From positions 1 to 37,539 of IMG/VR virus record IMGVR_UViG_3300018083_000020: 37,539 nt of DNA; one strand, given 5' to 3'. Source of the DNA: a virus. The translations under genes and the position numbers were made by a program. This document shows positions 32,459 through 37,539 of this stretch, piece by piece (the first letter of the stretch is position 1; each line of letters starts with the position of its first letter). A model generated the notes under the pieces. That model was not told where the DNA came from, ran no database searches, and saw only the letters and a list, made by a program, of their open reading frames with translations.

Positions 32459-32893
32459 ATGGCTAAACAATTAATGATGGCAACCGCAGCTGGGGAAACT
32501 CACGGGTTGATTAACACTTTGACTAATAGCGTTCCGTTCGATGACTTCAAAAATATGAAACCGGAACACCAGAAAGAGATGCAGCGTCAGAAGAAAGAAG
32601 ACGCCCGATTCGTTAAAGCAGAGTATATGAACTCGAGGGGGAGACATGAAAGGCTCACGAAACCGTATTGCAAGTATGCTGGGGACCCTATTGAGATTTG
32701 GCATTTCATTCCTGGAAAAACTTACGAGGTACCGCTAGGACTAGTGAATGAGGTCAATGACAAGAACAAGATCATGAAGAAGCGCGCAGGCCTTGTGAGC
32801 GTAGATGGTAATCCTGTGACTGCCAGCGAAGCGCCTCTAGATAGAGATGAGGAAGGTGATTGGTTACACAAGTTTGTGGCAAGCGGTTTCTAA
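32459..32893 (+). CDS. Hypothetical structural-module protein.
   Basis: 144-aa ORF starting 1 nt after the upstream stop. Confidence 0.55.
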   Translation: MAKQLMMATAAGETHGLINTLTNSVPFDDFKNMKPEHQKEMQRQKKEDARFVKAEYMNSRGRHERLTKPYCKYAGDPIEIWHFIPGKTYEVPLGLVNEVNDKNKIMKKRAGLVSVDGNPVTASEAPLDRDEEGDWLHKFVASGF

Positions 32894-32908
32894 TTAAGAG
32901 GTTATAGT

Positions 32909-34315
32909 ATGTCATCACCAGTAGCACAAGCAGATTCGACCTACGTTTTTATCGAGAAAAAGGTACGTCGTTTAACGGCTTCCGCTAGTGAATCGGCCCT
33001 ATCGAGCGTGAATATCGAAGAGGCTGTGAATACATTCTATAATACAGACTTTCCCTATGCCATAAAGATTGACCAACAGCGGTCAGTCTATAAGTTCCTT
33101 ACTATCCCAAACGTTGATCGATACCCTGTGGATGTCAACAATCTACAGGGCTTTCGTGCGCCTGTCTATTTCGAAGGGATACAGGGAAATCTATTCAAGA
33201 ACCGAGATCAGCTTTTTAATCTATACCCTCGCTACCCAACACAGTTCCAACAGGGCGTCCCATCCACTAATGGGGTAATTACTGCCATCCTTCAGCCATC
33301 CAATCCAACTCAGATTACGAGCGCCAGTCACGGTCTCTCTACCGGCGACTTTGTTCTGATTGAAAACGTAGGGGGTATGGTCGAACTGAATGGCAATTAC
33401 TACATGATCACGGTGGTAGATCCTAACACATTCACGTTGGATGGCATAGATAATACCACATTTTCGGCGTATACCAGCGGCGGAACCTGGACATCTACTA
33501 GCACAAACGTATCGTTTACGCTATTTGGTAACAACGTTAACCCATTTCCTCAGCCCAACTTCGGGATTTTAAGCACACAGGTCGTCATCGGTGGGATTGA
33601 CATCAATGGTAATCCTATCCGAATTATGGATGATGGTGGGGGCGTCGTTAACGCATTCGGCATTGGAAGCAACACCACTACTGGTCAGCTCGTATTCGTT
33701 ACCCAGAATGCTGTGGGCAATAATGTTTATCTTGATCCGACCGACGTACAGACTCCAATATTACCTGCGTTATCCCCTATCGGAGGTCAGAATAACGCTA
33801 ATCTGCCCAACACGGCCTATCCACCAGCTTCGTTAACAACTCAGTACTGTGGAACCGTCAATTACGTCACCACTCAGATCAGTCTAAGACTTCCAGTTCC
33901 CCCCGCTCCGGGAACAATGTTGAACATATGGGCTGCTACGTATCAGGTTGGCAGGCCTTATAATGCTTTGTTTTGGAATAACGAGATCACGATTCGCCCC
34001 GTTCCCGATAACGTGTATCTCGTCGAGATAGAGACGTACCAGACTCCTGCGCAGTTCATGAATACATCAAACCATCCCGTCCTAAATCAATGGGCCCAGT
34101 ATATCGCATATGGTGCTGCACGTGAGATATTAAGGGACCGTCAAGATATGGAAGGGGTAGCCAACCTCGAAGAGGGATTCAAACGGCAGGAGGCCTTGGT
34201 TTTAGAGAGACAGGCAGTCGAAGAGATTGGGCAGCCCAACATTACCATGTTCAATAGCACACAGGTCGGATTCGGAGTAGGAAATGGTAATGGGTATGGC
34301 GGAGGTGGGTACTAA
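32909..34315 (+). CDS. Virion protein, putative head-tail adaptor or tail-tubular-A-like.
   Basis: 468 aa, directly upstream of the 800-aa nozzle-like gene as in T7-like order. It contains one inserted beta-barrel-like domain. Confidence 0.4.
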   Translation: MSSPVAQADSTYVFIEKKVRRLTASASESALSSVNIEEAVNTFYNTDFPYAIKIDQQRSVYKFLTIPNVDRYPVDVNNLQGFRAPVYFEGIQGNLFKNRDQLFNLYPRYPTQFQQGVPSTNGVITAILQPSNPTQITSASHGLSTGDFVLIENVGGMVELNGNYYMITVVDPNTFTLDGIDNTTFSAYTSGGTWTSTSTNVSFTLFGNNVNPFPQPNFGILSTQVVIGGIDINGNPIRIMDDGGGVVNAFGIGSNTTTGQLVFVTQNAVGNNVYLDPTDVQTPILPALSPIGGQNNANLPNTAYPPASLTTQYCGTVNYVTTQISLRLPVPPAPGTMLNIWAATYQVGRPYNALFWNNEITIRPVPDNVYLVEIETYQTPAQFMNTSNHPVLNQWAQYIAYGAAREILRDRQDMEGVANLEEGFKRQEALVLERQAVEEIGQPNITMFNSTQVGFGVGNGNGYGGGGY

Positions 34316-36717
34316 TGGCAGGCTACCAACCTCTTAAGATCACGGGAAACCAAACCGGCCTTGTGGAAAGCCGTGAGGAATTCCTACTGCCCGATGATGC
34401 CTACCCAAAACTTAGAAACGCCTATGTATGGCGTGAGCGAATTAAAAGGAAGAAGGGTTGCCTGTTGCTAGGTCGCCTACAGAGGAATATCGGCACTACA
34501 GGCGCTGGAGGTAACCTAGTTGTAGTGATCAGCCCTATACCTATTCAGCCAGGGCGAGCATCTTTCGTTATCGGTACAGACATATTTAATGATCCAGGTG
34601 GTGCTAGTCCCGTTAACCTATTAACGAATAGCGTTGCCGGAACCGGGGTACTAGATCGAGCAACCGGAACGTTAACTATAGCTAATTCCATTCCACTGAC
34701 CGCCGTACAGTACTTTCCCGGATTGCCCGTAATGGGTATTCGAACAAGGGAATTGCAGAACGCTCTGAACGACCAGACTGTATTTTTCGACCAGAATTAT
34801 GCCTACATTTTCAACGGAACAACGAATGCTTTCCAGGAGTTTATACCTGGTACGACATGGAATGCGGCGGCAGAGGGAGTAGACGGAACGAACTTTTTTT
34901 GGTCCACGAATTACTGGGTAAGTCAATTACTGATTCCGGGCACAGCAACCCCGCTTTTTACCACATCAAATAGGAAGCTTTTCTGGGAGACGAATAATTC
35001 GAGTAATATAACGATAACTCAAGATCCTCCTAGAATTACTGATGGCGTCACATGGGTTCCTTTTTATAACGATACGAACCCCCTGGTCAATTCCCCGTGG
35101 GCACAGATAAACTTCGACGCCACACCAACAGCTGTTTTCTTGACCAACTTCCTGTCTATGCTTCCTTTTCGAGGTAGGATGGTTGTTTTCAACACTCGAG
35201 AAGGAACGTCAGCCACGAGTGCCCAACAGTTTTCGAACCGGATACGATGGTCAACTATCGGGAACCCCTTTATTCCTTATTCTGCGGGGCCGCCAGCGCG
35301 TGGATCTTGGCGAGATGACATAAGAGGCCAAGGAGGGTTTCTTGACATTCCTACGTCAGAGGATATCGTTTCCGTTGGTTTCGTTAGGGATAACCTAGTC
35401 ATCTACTGCGAACGTTCGACTTGGCAATTGCGCTATACGGGACGGTCCATTTCCCCCTTCCAGATCGAACGAGTGAATAGCGAACTTGGTGGAGAGGGTC
35501 CTTTCTCGGCAATTCAGTTCGATACATCTCTCGTCGGCGTAGGCGACAAGGGTATCGTCGAATGCGACAGCTATAAGTCCGAACGCATCGACATCAAGAT
35601 ATTAGATTTTGTGTTCGAAATTCAATCGGCTAATGGTGGACCTACCAGGGTACATGGCATACGTGACTTTATCAACCGGTTGGCGTTTTGGACGATTCCA
35701 TTATCTGCACAATACGACCCTAGAGTGCCCAATGCAGACTGCATTTTTCCGAACATTCGACTGATTTACAACTACGAAAATGACTCATGGGCGACGTTCG
35801 ATGACTCTTATACAACGCTGGGGACATTTCAACCGTCTACGAGTCGGACATGGTTAAACACTCCCATCAAATGGGTTAACGCCAACTTCTCATGGATAGG
35901 TACTCAGGCGAGGGATAATCCTGACATTGTGGGTGGTAATCAGCAGGGATACGTCGAATATCTTGATCAGCTAACGACTAATGACGTCAGCCTATTTATT
36001 TCCAATATCCAGCCGAATACGACACTGCCTACAGTAATAACATCTCCCAACCACAATCTAGTCACAGGTTCCGTTATCGGTATTAGCGGAATCCCAACAG
36101 GTTCCCCATATGACAACCTAAATGGCGGTGTCTATGGCGTGATTCTGGGAGACAACGGGAACTTGGACTTCACTAATAAGTTTCGCTTGATGTTGTTTAA
36201 TCCTGCCACGGCATTATTTAGCACTCCGCAGCTTGATGTGCCAGATGGGGCTTATGTTGGCGGTGGACAGATCAATATCCGAGACAATTTCAATATTGTT
36301 AGCAAGAAGTTCAACTTCCTCGACGAGGGTCAAAACATTCAGATGGGCTATCTGGATATCCTTATGGAATCGACTAGCTCAGAAAATCCCGGGGCTATCT
36401 CGTTATTTATCTATCTAGATTACAACCAAAATGAGGCGTCTAACACGCTTCCAAATAACAGAATATCCAACTCGGGACCTCCTGGGATACCTGACACATT
36501 TTTCAACTCAATTATTCCCACGACTCCTTCAACATTGAATGGAGTTGGGGGGACAAAGTTTTGGCAGCGGGTTTTTTGCCCCACCAGATCTAACTTTTTA
36601 ACCCTCGAATACACGTTTTCTAATGCGCAAATGGCGGGCGATGAACAAGAGCTAGATGTTCAGATCGACGCGCAAATTTTATGGATCAGAAGGGCGGGAC
36701 GACTATCACAAATTTAG
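34315..36717 (+). CDS. Virion protein, putative tail-tubular-B or nozzle-like.
   Basis: 800 aa with a TAATG overlap. Size and position parallel T7 gp12. It contains one beta-barrel-like domain near the C-terminus. Confidence 0.45.
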   Translation: MAGYQPLKITGNQTGLVESREEFLLPDDAYPKLRNAYVWRERIKRKKGCLLLGRLQRNIGTTGAGGNLVVVISPIPIQPGRASFVIGTDIFNDPGGASPVNLLTNSVAGTGVLDRATGTLTIANSIPLTAVQYFPGLPVMGIRTRELQNALNDQTVFFDQNYAYIFNGTTNAFQEFIPGTTWNAAAEGVDGTNFFWSTNYWVSQLLIPGTATPLFTTSNRKLFWETNNSSNITITQDPPRITDGVTWVPFYNDTNPLVNSPWAQINFDATPTAVFLTNFLSMLPFRGRMVVFNTREGTSATSAQQFSNRIRWSTIGNPFIPYSAGPPARGSWRDDIRGQGGFLDIPTSEDIVSVGFVRDNLVIYCERSTWQLRYTGRSISPFQIERVNSELGGEGPFSAIQFDTSLVGVGDKGIVECDSYKSERIDIKILDFVFEIQSANGGPTRVHGIRDFINRLAFWTIPLSAQYDPRVPNADCIFPNIRLIYNYENDSWATFDDSYTTLGTFQPSTSRTWLNTPIKWVNANFSWIGTQARDNPDIVGGNQQGYVEYLDQLTTNDVSLFISNIQPNTTLPTVITSPNHNLVTGSVIGISGIPTGSPYDNLNGGVYGVILGDNGNLDFTNKFRLMLFNPATALFSTPQLDVPDGAYVGGGQINIRDNFNIVSKKFNFLDEGQNIQMGYLDILMESTSSENPGAISLFIYLDYNQNEASNTLPNNRISNSGPPGIPDTFFNSIIPTTPSTLNGVGGTKFWQRVFCPTRSNFLTLEYTFSNAQMAGDEQELDVQIDAQILWIRRAGRLSQI

Positions 36718-36726
36718 GAGTAATAT

Positions 36727-37341
36727 ATGGCAGTTTATCAACCGGGAATCCCGACAGGACAGGTAGAATTAGATCAGGACTACGTCAATATACAGGGTAA
36801 TTTTACCCAGCTTAACGTCGTCTACGGGACAGACCACTATCCTTTCGATAATGCCACCCCGAATCAAGGCTTTCATAACCTAGTGACTACGCCATCTGTA
36901 GTGAATAACCCGCCTGATGGATTACCTCCCGCTACCGCGGCCGGGATACTGAAACTATATGCGTATCAGCAGTACGCCGCTTTCGGTCCATTGCAATATT
37001 CGCGAGGACCGAGCAGCGCTATTCCTACACCACTCACTAGTCTCCACGGTGGTCCAATAAACATACCTGCTAATACCAAAGCTAACATTATAGATTTGGT
37101 TGGGATGACAAGGGTTATGCTCAGGCTATCTTATTTCAGCGACATTGCCGTTTCTGGTAACGGTAAATTAGCTAGAGATACATACGTGGCATTTAGTCAA
37201 GGAACATCCAATCTTAACGCCTCGACGCCCGTAAGCACTTTCGGCACCGTAATGACTGGAACCGTTTTGCAAATACATAACAACATGGTAAACCCAGTGA
37301 ATAACGTTTATTGGACGCTGGAATTCATAAGGATTGAATAA
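36727..37341 (+). CDS. Virion/tail-associated protein.
   Basis: 204 aa. Its RBS lies within the junction TAGGAGTAATATATG. The N-terminal motif GIPTGQVELDQDYVNIQGNFTQLNVVYGTDHYPFD resembles fibre/baseplate N-termini. Confidence 0.55.
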   Translation: MAVYQPGIPTGQVELDQDYVNIQGNFTQLNVVYGTDHYPFDNATPNQGFHNLVTTPSVVNNPPDGLPPATAAGILKLYAYQQYAAFGPLQYSRGPSSAIPTPLTSLHGGPINIPANTKANIIDLVGMTRVMLRLSYFSDIAVSGNGKLARDTYVAFSQGTSNLNASTPVSTFGTVMTGTVLQIHNNMVNPVNNVYWTLEFIRIE

Positions 37342-37539
37342 TGAATTTCTCTGACAGCCAACAGCTAGAAAGTTTCGTTCCGGTTTACGACGCGGCACCC
37401 GAAAAGTGGGAAGACGCCCGACCTTTCATTGTCGAGCAACTCAAGCGCATTTCGAATGCCGTCAACATTCGTGAGATAGGGTGGTATCTGGATGAAGAGT
37501 TGTTGAGTGGAAAAGCGTTTATACCCGGTACCACAGCTA
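37341..37539 (+). CDS. 5' part of a virion/tail-associated protein gene that wraps across the contig junction (160 aa in total, continuing to position 407).
   Basis: ATG 37341 overlaps the TAA of the upstream gene (TAATG). The frame stays open to the window end and is in phase with ORF 84..407 after subtracting 37,416. Confidence 0.7.
   Translation, partial: MNFSDSQQLESFVPVYDAAPEKWEDARPFIVEQLKRISNAVNIREIGWYLDEELLSGKAFIPGTTA
37417..37539. repeat. Terminal direct repeat, right copy. Identical to 1..123.
   Basis: Same 123-nt string as the window start. Implies a unit genome length of 37,416 bp. Confidence 0.95.

Overview
The window is a complete dsDNA tailed-phage genome, assembled as a circle. 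Its first 123 bp are repeated exactly at 37417..37539, giving a unit length of 37,416 bp, and one gene reads across the junction. I saw no rRNA, tRNA, CRISPR array, transposon or host flank by eye. Genes are tightly packed, mostly on the + strand, and often translationally coupled through ATGA, TAATG or GTGA overlaps with GGAG-type ribosome-binding sites. There are three modules. (1) A leftward recombination operon encodes RecT, a YqaJ-like exonuclease and a small membrane peptide (10.5-12.4 kb). (2) A rightward early/replication module (12.7-22.5 kb) encodes a Cro-like HTH, a winged-helix protein, a replication initiator, a DnaC/IstB-like loader, a RusA-like resolvase, a ParB-like protein, a GroES-like protein, a small serine recombinase, DUF551 and DUF3310 proteins and homing-endonuclease-like genes. 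(3) A late module (22.6 kb, across the junction, to 9.7 kb) runs in a T7-like podovirus order: TerS, TerL, portal, scaffold, HK97-type major capsid, adaptor- and nozzle-like proteins, low-complexity internal proteins and several fibre-like proteins. No phage RNA polymerase, tyrosine integrase or recognisable endolysin was seen. The most unusual features: an antisense gene inside the head operon encoding an RNA polymerase alpha-CTD-like helix-hairpin-helix protein; a second antisense two-gene cassette in the replication module; a 336-nt tandem duplication in the tail fibre that is conserved at protein level but scrambled at synonymous sites; one small beta-barrel-like domain present five times across four adjacent structural genes; iteron-like palindromes inside the initiator gene; and an HNH gene broken by an in-frame TAG. 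All family assignments come from motif recognition by eye. No database search was run.
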